This document shows, in pieces, positions 51,601 to 60,021 of a stretch of 64,000 nucleotides of DNA. Position 1 is the stretch's first letter. The number at the start of each line of letters is the position of its first letter. The position numbers and the translations under genes were made by a program. Origin of the DNA: Candidatus Omnitrophota bacterium (lineage in GTDB: Bacteria > Omnitrophota > Gorgyraeia > Zapsychrales > Zapsychraceae). The notes under the pieces are model-generated. The model did no database searches, was not told the origin of the DNA, and saw nothing but the letters and a program-made list of their open reading frames with translations. The DNA is taken from assembly GCA_015233495.1 (NCBI GenBank), contig JADFXQ010000001.1:2790-66789 (forward strand). The letters run 5' to 3'.

Positions 51601-54250
51601 GTGTCAGGATATCCGGATTCGTTAAAATGCCCTGAACTGCGCGATTGACCGCAAACTGAAAATTCCCTTCTAACCTCGCTTCTTCCGGAAGCTTGACCTC
51701 GTCCCGAGCTTCCGGCACATCCAAAAATCCCGCCAAATCCACCAATAGGCCTCCCTCCGCCACCGCCTGCGGCAATACCCGGTCCGGGATTTGCACAGCT
51801 TTAATCACTTCATACCTGCGGCCGAATGAAACCTCTCTTTTGGAAGACAAGGGGTCAAAAACGACACTGATCCGCTTGGCTTCTTGGTCCCGTTTTGCCC
51901 CGTCCAATTCATCCGCTTGTTTTGAACCCTTCACAAACATCCGTGACAAAACACCCGCGTCCATGCCTTTTCCATTATCCACAATCACAATTTCCCCGTC
52001 GTGAGACCAGATATGCACCCGCCGGGTTGCCGCGTCCGCCGCCCTTTGGGCCTTTCCGGTGTGGGGAACAAGCACAACCTTGCGGTCAAAATCGTTCAAT
52101 TTTTCGCCCTGCACATAAATCGTGACATCCGGCACATAAGCAAACCGGTTGGCCAACTCGGTGATCATTGTGTTTTGAAACGCCGCGTCCGCGTCTTTTT
52201 TTCCCGGCGCCCAATCCTGACTTTTAACGCGCACCACTGTGCCCTGAGTGATTTCATTTTCTCCCAGCGCCGCCTGTTGAAACACAGACCGGTCAATGGC
52301 TTTAATCTGAATATAATTTTGCCCGGACCGGCTTTTTAAAATCGTGAGTTGATAATAATCTCCGTCCCGGGCGCGCGTCAGCACTTCAATGCGGTCCTGT
52401 CCGCTGGGGCCCAACCATTCCAAGATCTGCTTCACGCCTTTTCCAAATTGTCCGATATCGCACCCCAAGGCATCCAAACTGTTGGACACCGCTTCAAAAA
52501 TAGCTTGGGTTTTAGGTTTTTGGCTTTGTTTATCCGTGAGTTTTTTCAGATAAGGATTTTTGTAAGTGTCTTGATTTATGCTGTCAATGATCGCTTTATT
52601 GTATTTGCCGCCGGATAATTCTTTTAAAAGGTCTTGGATGGCTGCGGCAAACGCTTGTTCCCGTCTCGCTTTATTCATAGCATCCAAGTCATAAGCTTGC
52701 GGAGCCAAACCCGCCAAAGTCAATACCTGCTTAAGGTGATCCGCTTGCATACCCAAACTCAATTGTTGCTGAGCGTGAAAAAAATGCTCTAAATCAATAC
52801 CAGAAAAACCCAATTCCGGGTCTTCATAAGCAAAGGCTTCCGAACTGATTTGGACTTCAGCCGGTTTCGGTCCGGAGAACGACTCTTCATCTTTATTGAC
52901 GTTTATTGTTTTTCGGAATAACGACTTTAGTTTATCGAGCCAGCTCGCTGCCGGGGATGAAGACGACTTCATCTCCGTTACCTCCGAGGATACGGCCGAA
53001 ACCGCCGGGATCTGTTCTGCGTCCAGCCCGCCCCTGATTCCAATCGGAATGACGGACGGAGAAATCGGCAAAACATTGGCCGGGTTCGGAATATAAACCG
53101 CGGAAGAAACTGTCAAATCAAACCCGCCGCTCACATAGGTCCGCACGGTTTGGCCGTCGGGAGTGTCAACTGATTTTTCGCTGTTATATTCGCCGTTTTG
53201 AAAAGATTTTTTGTAGGCTGAGAAATAAGTGTCTTTGGACCAGGTTGTCTTAGATTCAAGACCCGTGAGGTTTTGTTGATCGATCAGGTTGGGATAAGTT
53301 CCGGATTGGTTTTTATATCTTTTTTTGAACCATTGCGCCAAGATCAGCGAGTAATAAACTTGCCGAAATTGCGCATACCGTTTGGCTGTGTTGACTTCCT
53401 TGGTCAGCCGCGGAATTATGAGTTCGCGAATCTGCTGGGACGCGTATTCATTGATGGCTTTTAATTTTGGGTCAGTAAAATTGTAGTCCGGGTCGTTTTT
53501 GAGATGGTCCTGCTGTAGCATGACTTTGAGCGTGGCTTTGTAAATGTAGGCGCCCCCCTCCCCTCCCCATGCTTCGCGGGGGAGGGGTTTTGCATACTGC
53601 TTTTCTTTTCGGATTCGTTCGCTCTCTATCTTTTCCTTTCTATTTTCACTAATGATAATTTCCCCCGGCACGATCCACGGCCGGGTCATAGTCGGGATAG
53701 CGATTTCCTGATTGCCGTAGATTTCACCGGCTTTTTTATAGACCCGGGTCCAATATTCCCGGCCTTCCGGGGTTTCCTGGGACACGTATTTGGCCATGTC
53801 CTTCTTCAACTGCAAATCCGCGGCCAGCAAAATCCGCCCGATATCCGTGCGCGCTAATTGCGGGTCAATGCTATGATCTTTGTCTTCCGGCCGCAGGTTC
53901 ACCCAGAACATACTGTTCGGCAAAGTCAGGCCGATAAAAAAATAATTCAGCAGGTCTTTGGCAGTGGATTCGATTTCCGGCGACTTGACATTTTTCTGAT
54001 CGCCTTTATCCAACAGCAAATCAAACTTATTAAGGGGAATGTTGTAAGCTAAATACCGAAAATGCAAAGGCCGAAACTTGTCCGCGACCAGCATATTCCC
54101 CAACCCGGACATCGCGCCGGCCACATCCAAAGACACTGCCAACTGCGCCAATCCGGTCTGCTGGACCAGAAGCAGAAAACTAAGCAGCCAAACTAATATT
54201 TTTGACCGAAAGCAGATCCAGGATCTGCTCAAGGTAAAATTAGTCCTCAT
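45689..54250 (-). CDS. giant secreted multidomain protein (2853 aa) with GHKL-ATPase-like motifs and a C-terminal HExxH zincin-like motif
   Basis: Signal peptide; N-domain paralogous to 40942-43536; EAVSNSLDA...DNGKGMD and DAGAKT..DDGPG..GFFGKGKYT Bergerat-fold motifs; IIHELAHLLEE. Confidence 0.8.
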   Translation of the reverse strand: MRTNFTLSRSWICFRSKILVWLLSFLLLVQQTGLAQLAVSLDVAGAMSGLGNMLVADKFRPLHFRYLAYNIPLNKFDLLLDKGDQKNVKSPEIESTAKDLLNYFFIGLTLPNSMFWVNLRPEDKDHSIDPQLARTDIGRILLAADLQLKKDMAKYVSQETPEGREYWTRVYKKAGEIYGNQEIAIPTMTRPWIVPGEIIISENRKEKIESERIRKEKQYAKPLPREAWGGEGGAYIYKATLKVMLQQDHLKNDPDYNFTDPKLKAINEYASQQIRELIIPRLTKEVNTAKRYAQFRQVYYSLILAQWFKKRYKNQSGTYPNLIDQQNLTGLESKTTWSKDTYFSAYKKSFQNGEYNSEKSVDTPDGQTVRTYVSGGFDLTVSSAVYIPNPANVLPISPSVIPIGIRGGLDAEQIPAVSAVSSEVTEMKSSSSPAASWLDKLKSLFRKTINVNKDEESFSGPKPAEVQISSEAFAYEDPELGFSGIDLEHFFHAQQQLSLGMQADHLKQVLTLAGLAPQAYDLDAMNKARREQAFAAAIQDLLKELSGGKYNKAIIDSINQDTYKNPYLKKLTDKQSQKPKTQAIFEAVSNSLDALGCDIGQFGKGVKQILEWLGPSGQDRIEVLTRARDGDYYQLTILKSRSGQNYIQIKAIDRSVFQQAALGENEITQGTVVRVKSQDWAPGKKDADAAFQNTMITELANRFAYVPDVTIYVQGEKLNDFDRKVVLVPHTGKAQRAADAATRRVHIWSHDGEIVIVDNGKGMDAGVLSRMFVKGSKQADELDGAKRDQEAKRISVVFDPLSSKREVSFGRRYEVIKAVQIPDRVLPQAVAEGGLLVDLAGFLDVPEARDEVKLPEEARLEGNFQFAVNRAVQGILTNPDILTPDKIRYINMLVCGLDGLIGENGKHANVIDQIKMEIKKALKPWLKEYQAQGYLLLPYYTDFRKVQIPKGKEDKVIWLHEDLFDSTATFIASQLGGQVIPDKLLKGELSVVVLPFTAESLAAVNGKAVSSEQVDRDLALVRAKDFVAVPSGKGRNSFGQRLFELAKKSTGLNAQERKELAHMWEQINKMTGEALVTGYEMRPGFAEANVIDAPTAAPAKPAWPAVSNAGSIGAAAEQRFREDLSRPPATAFVPGPSQTVVAPFAEGSQAAPADSIFLFSKPSDAPAEDHIEIGIARFIRMEDNYFMRIFSRKVDIYNPAGELLWTVHDCYMVSHTDRFLIVEYVDQAGGKEIIDIRNLPTTRSARKRAWDIQLSASGRFSVQRFKNEIKYCDHDAALPQLTGFTSFREISEYVVHDKADVVIAKQRNNTYGLFSLESGKPLIWNAEHIEIDASGMIAIYKIGNKLGLINLKSGEPVTTRMPDFKEKIFISNDAGFVYVVFEGRDKNEMLTFLRNKNTLVLRQLYNEQSIPEFPSGQASPEFWQGYDISGSNIYQIADRFGLFMIMGTRIHYSSNPPTKQDRTTVELFGNVAVWRNIGNVQGDTLFRNLKSEVEEEQFDCGITTEILPLKGGKSWWVDRKDDSMLVVWDEGTQKFHSVNLSSLSITITKSREFILQGRLAIFDAQGNVREIPQGVPDAFAYVHVNGEYFVFTNASTGQSIYLDPRRTRVRTSALAPPTAIYEEIIRAFYANLSERIRAVSEVPIELPAAAPVEPERREDALWQEKIMSQGEAWIAQARAAYLGFAALVPEECADYQDEINGRIEAGIDRLFAKQTAEIRRRFAAAAQGQELDLTGLPFELFERRMARIMSGLPGYLETVAERLPNVHKTRRAFYTQLFGSLFQMALDEDAATDLSLEAVLALGGGWQMDTVEQVRALEAVIQLIRALTTFTGINTSGLLDAVAFLARFAGNDPVHHIPIMTKQISRILTAEEQSKVNFLKKLCSSFQTVGIRLLLAYADDPLAGHDMGYARPVVAFLTQEIDELPHRGQPVLPNGEDVLLADGTGHYPQGIDLSRLNDLERRRPKNGQPVIAMDDLIAAIQDPAVSLPETDPQSEKDVLFDVKVQGEADAAAREGPANAQDAGAKTLVIDHYLQDNNGEEEYVEAFQDDGPGAAYAAALLIKVSTKEADEQEHSAGFFGKGKYTFLAGVDRVEIITCRQGTGYMFVIQVSKDAFGNPLHVKLTRIRKISDPNVQDGVLIRRIKKAKDTIPEFDAMLSERAYKIFSGLSSTADGPRTSGGFGIYFRRGIDGETHNELLTVDHQVLSETDFKAILAGGKPITRQEFETQLPRPRRWWAGWAPRSWEWSRFAGIMVERGWAYRVGDNEITLREGWDQAEQAIRRTLEKEFPQAWDFLIASQTHTFDGKFKIISARDMPSQVVDKFGRRVCELDEAQYFALVPPALRKHIQQLGLIVQVPLPLTGNRDKFAHFDEHYKSIVQRYVAIEFYKALALRTMMPATAEQGQFTFEGFPVEWEREPREHYSLAIDQHDRAISALANKINAGQFSLISSEELESLPAQYGEKDLVVPNFVKLILMLNVPNPDRPGKTISLFGRRMKLQIEREKQRPSFLGKASKALQRAAEQAGYILEAVPQAEDIADFDEMVSKSIDVTTGIEQISHPEKFMINTSAYTDREKELRDLALSGARHFGIEQVVLLSDLPDESLRFAGAFGYYGPKGQEKPTMFLNRALAGQIGVAGPGVICQATDVIIHELAHLLEESVRTNLDVREQLRRGFVSTDSKSGFTHQPVGPFAQMMKWVACNWFVLEGEDSGIDPARADAAGSPVTTQLGATRRQSSPAPAESAENPGGVDLRELSPFEKGTNSLYGWRKMAAKLPADFNSRDEWAAIQAMLAEGGIPAIRRIANYVAASYQNGRLKKERPAVLGCIADILRLEEDEQSPTDPEMREMLVMLHSE
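53546..53594. repeat. related palindromic element (GTAGGCGCCCCCCTCCCCTCCCC-N9-GGGGGAGGGG) inserted in-frame in the giant gene (encodes PLPREAWGGEGGAY)
   Basis: Direct reading of the sequence; the paralog at 40942-43536 lacks this segment. Confidence 0.6.
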
Positions 54251-54303
54251 ACTATAAGTATAGAATATAAATCGACGGAAAATAAGGGCGGAACCGGGTT
54301 TTC

Positions 54304-54317
54304 GAAAAAACGCTTTC
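54304..54317. promoter_or_regulatory. LacI-type operator-like site GAAAAAACGCTTTC about 55 bp upstream of the giant gene
   Basis: AANCGNTT core; duplicated at 44949. Confidence 0.3.
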
Positions 54318-54389
54318 TTGCTCGCGACTAAATTTCATATAACTATAATTTAGTCTTGACTAAAATAACCTTAGGTATAATATAGTCGT

Positions 54390-55604
54390 ATGTCAGATCG
54401 GCCTATGTATACTCATTTATGGCAAGAACTCTCCGCTACCAAGCCGATGGTTTTTTTAAGCGGACCGCGTCAGGCGGGAAAAACCACTCTGGCCCGATCC
54501 ATCTCATCTCTGTATGCCAACAACCTTTATACCAACTGGGATATTCAAACCGACCGGAAAACAATTCTTCAGAATCCATATTTTTATGAAAATCTGGAAC
54601 AAAAAGACGCGTCCCCCGCTTTAATCATCTTCGATGAAATTCACAAATACCGCGGCTGGAAAAATTATCTAAAAGGGGTTTACGATAAAAGCCACTCGAC
54701 CAACCGCTTCTTGGTTCTCGGCAGCGGACGGTTGGATATTTTCCAAAAAGGTGGCGATTCCTTGGCCGGACGTTATTACCTGGCTCATGTTTTTCCACTG
54801 ACCTTGGCGGAATTAGGAAACCGCCGTAAAACATTCCCTGCCTTCTGGCAAAATCCGCTGGATTTGGCGCCGGCGGGAAATTTGGAAAATGTTTGGAACA
54901 ACCTCAAAAATCTGACCGGATTTCCCGAGCCATTTTTCGCCGCTGATGTGAAAAATTATCAACGCTGGTCTAATACTTACAGCCATCAATTGATCCGGGA
55001 GGATATCCGCGATCTGACAAAAATACGAGATTTGGACAATGTGGAGGCCTTGTATTATCTCCTTCCTTCCAAAATCAGCAGCCCGCTTTCGATCGCCAGC
55101 CTCAGCCGGGACTTGCAAGTATCATTTAACACAGTTAAAGATTGGCTTGCCGTTTTTGAAAGATTATATCTCACCTTCCGTATTACTCCCTGGACCAAAA
55201 AACTATCCCGGGTTGTCACCAAAGAACAAAAATTATACCTGATGGATTATGGCCAAATTCCCGATCCGGCCGCGCGGTACGAAAATATGATTGCCGTCGA
55301 ACTTTTACGCGCCGTATCCCATTGGACCAACCTGGGTTTCGGCCGGTTCTCGCTCCACTTTTTACGCAGTAAGGAAGGCCAGGAAGCTGATTTCCTCATC
55401 GCTGATCGAAACACGCCGCGGCTCATCATCGAGGCTAAACTTTCCGATCCCGCGATCTCCGCCCCACTCTTGAAATTTCAAAATATGCTCAACCTCCCCG
55501 CGGTCCAACTCGTCGATAAAAAAGGTGTTTTTCGGATCAGCGCCAACGGCGCCAACCGGATCTTGACCGCTTCCGCGGCCGATTGGTTATCGCAATTGCC
55601 ATAA
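54390..55604 (+). CDS. AAA-family ATPase (AAA_14 + DUF4143-like architecture)
   Basis: Walker A GPRQAGKTT; Walker B IIFDEIH; long C-terminal domain. Confidence 0.65.
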   Translation: MSDRPMYTHLWQELSATKPMVFLSGPRQAGKTTLARSISSLYANNLYTNWDIQTDRKTILQNPYFYENLEQKDASPALIIFDEIHKYRGWKNYLKGVYDKSHSTNRFLVLGSGRLDIFQKGGDSLAGRYYLAHVFPLTLAELGNRRKTFPAFWQNPLDLAPAGNLENVWNNLKNLTGFPEPFFAADVKNYQRWSNTYSHQLIREDIRDLTKIRDLDNVEALYYLLPSKISSPLSIASLSRDLQVSFNTVKDWLAVFERLYLTFRITPWTKKLSRVVTKEQKLYLMDYGQIPDPAARYENMIAVELLRAVSHWTNLGFGRFSLHFLRSKEGQEADFLIADRNTPRLIIEAKLSDPAISAPLLKFQNMLNLPAVQLVDKKGVFRISANGANRILTASAADWLSQLP

Positions 55605-55789
55605 AGTTTACGGTACAACGTAAAAAAGTCCTGACTTTTTTACGTTAAACTTTATTTTTGTCTTAACGAAATTAACTTCGAGTCTTATTTAATTCCGCAT
55701 TTTCCTAAACTTCTTTATTGACATTCCCGGAAAAGAATTGAAGATTAGTAGTGTTCCAGATTTATCATTCTTCTTACATTAGGAAAACT

Positions 55790-57319
55790 ATGGCACAAAA
55801 AACCGCGATTATTATCGGCGCCGGACCCGCGGGACTTACCGCGGCTTATGAACTGCTCAAACGCACGGACATTAAACCCATTGTTTTGGAAGCGACGCAA
55901 GACATCGGCGGGATTTCCCAGACGATTGTGTATAAGGGCAACCGCATTGATATCGGCGGGCACCGGTTTTTTTCCAAGTCCGACGTGGTCATGGATTGGT
56001 GGCAAAAGATCATGCCTTTGGCCGAGCCGCCGGACGGGCCGAAACTTGACCCGGCAAAAACTGACTTGCTGCTGCTCGTCCGTCACCGCTTGTCCCGGAT
56101 TTATTTTCTGCGGAAATTTTTTAAATATCCGATCAACTTGGATATGGAATCCTGCCGCAACCTCGGCTTAGTCCGCTTAGTCAAAATCGGATTCAGTTAT
56201 ATCCGGGCGCTGATCTCCCCGATAAAAACCGAAAAATCTCTCGAAGATTTTCTCATCAACCGGTTCGGCCGGGAATTGTACAACACGTTTTTCCGCGATT
56301 ACACCGCCAAGGTCTGGGGCGCTCCCTGCTCCCAAATCAATCCCGAATGGGGCGGGCAGCGCATTAAAGGACTTTCCATTTCCAAGGCAATCGGCCATGC
56401 CTTGAAAAAAATGTTGAAACGCGACCAATCGATTTCCCAAAAATCCACGGAAACCAGTTTGATCGAACGCTTCCTCTACCCCAAATTCGGCCCCGGCCAA
56501 ATGTGGGAAGAAGTGGCCCGCTTAGTCCGGGAACAAGGCGGCGAAGTCCGCATGAGACAGAAAGTTACATCTCTAAAATTGGAAAACAACCGAGTCGTTT
56601 CCCTCGTCGCGCAAGACGCGGCTGGCAAGCAGCTGATCACTTTGACCGGGGATTATGTGATTTCCACTATGCCAGTCCGGGATCTCATTGCCGGGATAAA
56701 CAGCCCGGTCCCGGATGACGCGCGTGCCGTAGCCCAAGGTTTAATCTACCGCGATTTTATGACTGCCGGCTTTCTGCTGAATAAGCTGAAAATCAAAAAC
56801 CAGACGGATATTCCCACTGCCCATGACCTGGTGCCGGATAACTGGATTTATATTCAGGAAAGCGACGTCAAAATCGGCCGTTTGCAAATTTTTAATAATT
56901 GGAGCCCCTATTTGGTGGCTGATCCCCAAAAGGCGTGGATCGGGCTGGAATATTTTTGTAATGAAGGCGATGAACTCTGGCGGATGCCCGACGGGGACTT
57001 CATTCAATTTGCCGCCGGAGAACTGGAAAAAATCGGCATCATCGACCGCGCTGATCTTTTGGACTCGGTGGTGATCCGCAAACCCAAAACCTATCCCGCT
57101 TATTTCGGCACCTACGATCAGTTTGACAAAATCCGCCTTTTTACCGACCGCATTGAAAACCTTTTTCTGATTGGCCGCAACGGTATGCACCGCTATAATA
57201 ATCAAGACCATTCCATGCTCACCGCGATTGCCGCGGTGGACAATATTATCGCGGGCAAGACCACTAAAGATAATCTTTGGCAGGTCAACGCGGAAGACTC
57301 TTATCACGAATCAAAATGA
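55790..57319 (+). CDS. FAD/NAD(P)-binding oxidoreductase (amine-oxidase/phytoene-desaturase-like fold)
   Basis: N-terminal [15 protein letters not shown] Rossmann motif; start at the internal Met with an AGGAAA ribosome-binding site. Confidence 0.7.
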   Translation: MAQKTAIIIGAGPAGLTAAYELLKRTDIKPIVLEATQDIGGISQTIVYKGNRIDIGGHRFFSKSDVVMDWWQKIMPLAEPPDGPKLDPAKTDLLLLVRHRLSRIYFLRKFFKYPINLDMESCRNLGLVRLVKIGFSYIRALISPIKTEKSLEDFLINRFGRELYNTFFRDYTAKVWGAPCSQINPEWGGQRIKGLSISKAIGHALKKMLKRDQSISQKSTETSLIERFLYPKFGPGQMWEEVARLVREQGGEVRMRQKVTSLKLENNRVVSLVAQDAAGKQLITLTGDYVISTMPVRDLIAGINSPVPDDARAVAQGLIYRDFMTAGFLLNKLKIKNQTDIPTAHDLVPDNWIYIQESDVKIGRLQIFNNWSPYLVADPQKAWIGLEYFCNEGDELWRMPDGDFIQFAAGELEKIGIIDRADLLDSVVIRKPKTYPAYFGTYDQFDKIRLFTDRIENLFLIGRNGMHRYNNQDHSMLTAIAAVDNIIAGKTTKDNLWQVNAEDSYHESK

Positions 57320-58968
57320 AAAATCATCTCCGGTTAGTCCGGATCAAAACTGCCGCGTGTCTCTTACTGCTTTTGATCTTCACTACCGGCGTTTTCCGGT
57401 ATACCGTTTCAATCCGCAAGCCCTGGTTCGGCGGTCTATCGATGGAACATCATCACTGGCTGACCGCCAGCACCGTCAAATTCACTCAATATTGGCTCGC
57501 GGAAGGGCCGGTAAAACTAAAATTCGGCTTGATCGAAAATCCCGCCTCGATTGAGTTTCCAACCCTGCGCAGCCGCGGCCCTTATCCGTCTTATCCGCCG
57601 GGAACCATAATTCCGCTATATCTGATTTGTAAAATATTGCGTCGGCCGCCCACGCCGGCATTAGTCATGCAATATAATTTAACCAATCATTTTTTCATCG
57701 CCCTTCTCTTAAGCGGACTGGCATTCGCCTTTTGCCGCCGAATGGATATCAACCGGCTTGCGGCTTTGCTCTTTTCCCTGATCCCTGCGGGGATAGTCTT
57801 GCTGCTGCCCTCGCCGCTGTTTTTCTTTCAAAATGTCTTTTGGAGCGATCAGGCGATTATTCTGCCGTTTGTCCTGTTGGTCGGAATCGAATGGTTCCGC
57901 GACAACCAGGCCGGCGGCAAAAATATCGCGACTGCCGCAGCGAGCGGATTTTTATTATTTTACGGCGCGCTTACGGATTGGTTTTTTATATTCTTGGCGC
58001 TCGCGCTTTACGGCAAACGCTGGCTGCACGGGGAATACCGCGGCGGATTGAAAAAATACATCCTGCGATCCTTGGCGTTTTGGCTCCCCGTTCTGTTGGC
58101 AATGGGATTTTTTCTCTGGCAGTTGCACGCTTTAAAAATGCTCCCGGAACTCAAGGACCATTTTCTGCAGCGCGTCGGCCTTAACAGTGTCGGCAAAACT
58201 GAGGCCGATCATTTTTTTACCCGGGTATGGCAGGGACACTGCGTAGACGCCTTCGGCCTAACCGGCCTGCTGTTGTTAGCCGCAAGCTTGATCTTGTTCG
58301 GTTTAGGATGCGCCGCTTCCCGGCTGGACAAAAAAAAACGACTTCCTCAGGAGTTCAACGCGGCGCTCACTTTAACCGGTATGCTTTTGCTCCCCGGTCT
58401 GGCGCAGATCTTTTTTTTCCGCGGCCATTCCGCCGTGCATGATTTCTCGGTATTAAAACTCACCCCGGCCTTAAGCGTGGTCCCTTTTGTCCTCATCCCC
58501 GTCACGGCGATCTATTTATTGGCCCGGGGAATCCCGCCCGGGAAAATCAAACAGTTCGGCGTTGGCGCAGTGGCGCTGTTGCTTTTTAGCGCGGCCGGGT
58601 TCTACGTAAAAAAAGAACATCCGCGATTCAAAACATTTTTCCGGACGCCCAATCATTTTTTTGCGGAATTAGGGACTTTCATCGCGGCAAACACCCAGGA
58701 ACAAGACGTGGTTTTTTCAACCAAAGGCGCGATCGGCGCCAATCCGCCGCTGTATATCATTTATTCAAAAAAACGCGTTTATCCTGTCACGAAAGCAGGG
58801 CAAATTTTTTACTTAACCAAAGATATTCCCGGCAATTTTACCCTAAACATCTTAAGCAATGGCGTTCCCGAAACTGATCCGGGCATCAACGCTTTTATCC
58901 AATTGGCAGGGGAAAAAATTATCGGGCCCGGCGGGCTGATCTTATATAAAATCAAAGTGCGGCGCTAA
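57316..58968 (+). CDS. polytopic membrane protein, putative GT-C-type glycosyltransferase
   Basis: More than 10 TM helices; ATGA start/stop overlap with the upstream oxidoreductase. Confidence 0.55.
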   Translation: MKNHLRLVRIKTAACLLLLLIFTTGVFRYTVSIRKPWFGGLSMEHHHWLTASTVKFTQYWLAEGPVKLKFGLIENPASIEFPTLRSRGPYPSYPPGTIIPLYLICKILRRPPTPALVMQYNLTNHFFIALLLSGLAFAFCRRMDINRLAALLFSLIPAGIVLLLPSPLFFFQNVFWSDQAIILPFVLLVGIEWFRDNQAGGKNIATAAASGFLLFYGALTDWFFIFLALALYGKRWLHGEYRGGLKKYILRSLAFWLPVLLAMGFFLWQLHALKMLPELKDHFLQRVGLNSVGKTEADHFFTRVWQGHCVDAFGLTGLLLLAASLILFGLGCAASRLDKKKRLPQEFNAALTLTGMLLLPGLAQIFFFRGHSAVHDFSVLKLTPALSVVPFVLIPVTAIYLLARGIPPGKIKQFGVGAVALLLFSAAGFYVKKEHPRFKTFFRTPNHFFAELGTFIAANTQEQDVVFSTKGAIGANPPLYIIYSKKRVYPVTKAGQIFYLTKDIPGNFTLNILSNGVPETDPGINAFIQLAGEKIIGPGGLILYKIKVRR

Positions 58969-58999
58969 AAATCAAAGACGGCGTGCGATTTTTTAGCGG

Positions 59000-59959
59000 C
59001 TATTCAAAATGATCGTCAACGGATAAATGACAGCCATGAATAAAATCTGCGGCTTCCATTAGCCGCGAAGATTCCGGATGCACAACAGAAATCAACAATC
59101 CCTCCCGGCCGGTTCCCACTAAAAATCCCGCTTTTTGAATTTCAAAAATCTGTCCCGGTTTTGCCGCTTTCCCGGGAACAACCGCTGCCCGCAGAATTTT
59201 TAACAATTTGCCTTTAAACGTTGTATGTGCGCACGGCCAGGGCTGCAACCCCCGGACCAGGCGTTCTAACTCGACGGCAGACCTAGCCCAATCCATCCTG
59301 CCGTTTTCTTTGTAGAGTTTAGGCGCGAAAGTTACCGCGTTTGGGTCTTGCGATTTTCCGGCCAGCCGGAGCGCTTCCCACTCCCGTAAATACGTCAAAA
59401 GAAAACCCGGACCCGCTTGCTTCATCCGTTCCCGTAAAGACACCGCGGTTTCATCCGGCGCTATCTGCATTTTGTGCTGAGCCAATATTTCACCTGCATC
59501 CATTTGGGGATTCATTTTAATCAGGGTGAGACCGGTTTCCGTTTCACCATTGATGATCGCCCAATTGATCGGAGCCGCGCCGCGGTATTTCGGTAAAAGC
59601 GATCCATGCACGTTGATCGCGCCCAGACGAGGCAGCGCCAATAATGTGTCCGGCAAAAACCGGCCATAAGCAATGACCAGAAATAAATCCGCGGCCAAAT
59701 TCGTCAACGCCGTAAGCAGCCTGGCGTCCTTAATATCTTCAGGCTGCAATACCGGAACGCCCTGTTGCAACGCCGCGGTTTTCACCGGGGAGACCGCCAC
59801 CTTCATCCCGCGGTCTTGCGGCTTATCCGGCTGAGTGACACAACCGACCACCCTATGCTCCGAGGTCAGCAATGCCTGAAGATGCGCCGCCGCGAAATCA
59901 TCACTGCCAAAAAAAACGATTTTCAATGCAGGATCCTCCAACACTAAATTGGCGGCCAT
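59000..59959 (-). CDS. fmt: methionyl-tRNA formyltransferase
   Basis: KIVFFGSDDFA; HGSLLPKYRGAAPINWAIING; C-terminal Fmt domain. Confidence 0.8.
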   Translation of the reverse strand: MAANLVLEDPALKIVFFGSDDFAAAHLQALLTSEHRVVGCVTQPDKPQDRGMKVAVSPVKTAALQQGVPVLQPEDIKDARLLTALTNLAADLFLVIAYGRFLPDTLLALPRLGAINVHGSLLPKYRGAAPINWAIINGETETGLTLIKMNPQMDAGEILAQHKMQIAPDETAVSLRERMKQAGPGFLLTYLREWEALRLAGKSQDPNAVTFAPKLYKENGRMDWARSAVELERLVRGLQPWPCAHTTFKGKLLKILRAAVVPGKAAKPGQIFEIQKAGFLVGTGREGLLISVVHPESSRLMEAADFIHGCHLSVDDHFE

Positions 59960-60021
59960 AAATTATCTCCTTTTACAATTCTCCCATGTTAGTGTTGGGA
60001 TCAATAATTACTTTTTCAAGA

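Noticed and set aside
51200-52300. The GQFGKG motif immediately after the EAVSNSLDA N-box in the giant protein read as a G2 box
   Set aside because: The order N-box, then G2, then G1 (much later) does not match the Bergerat fold order. Only the C-terminal motif set (N, G1, G2 in order) is treated as a credible GHKL-like domain; the first region is flagged only as ATPase-like.
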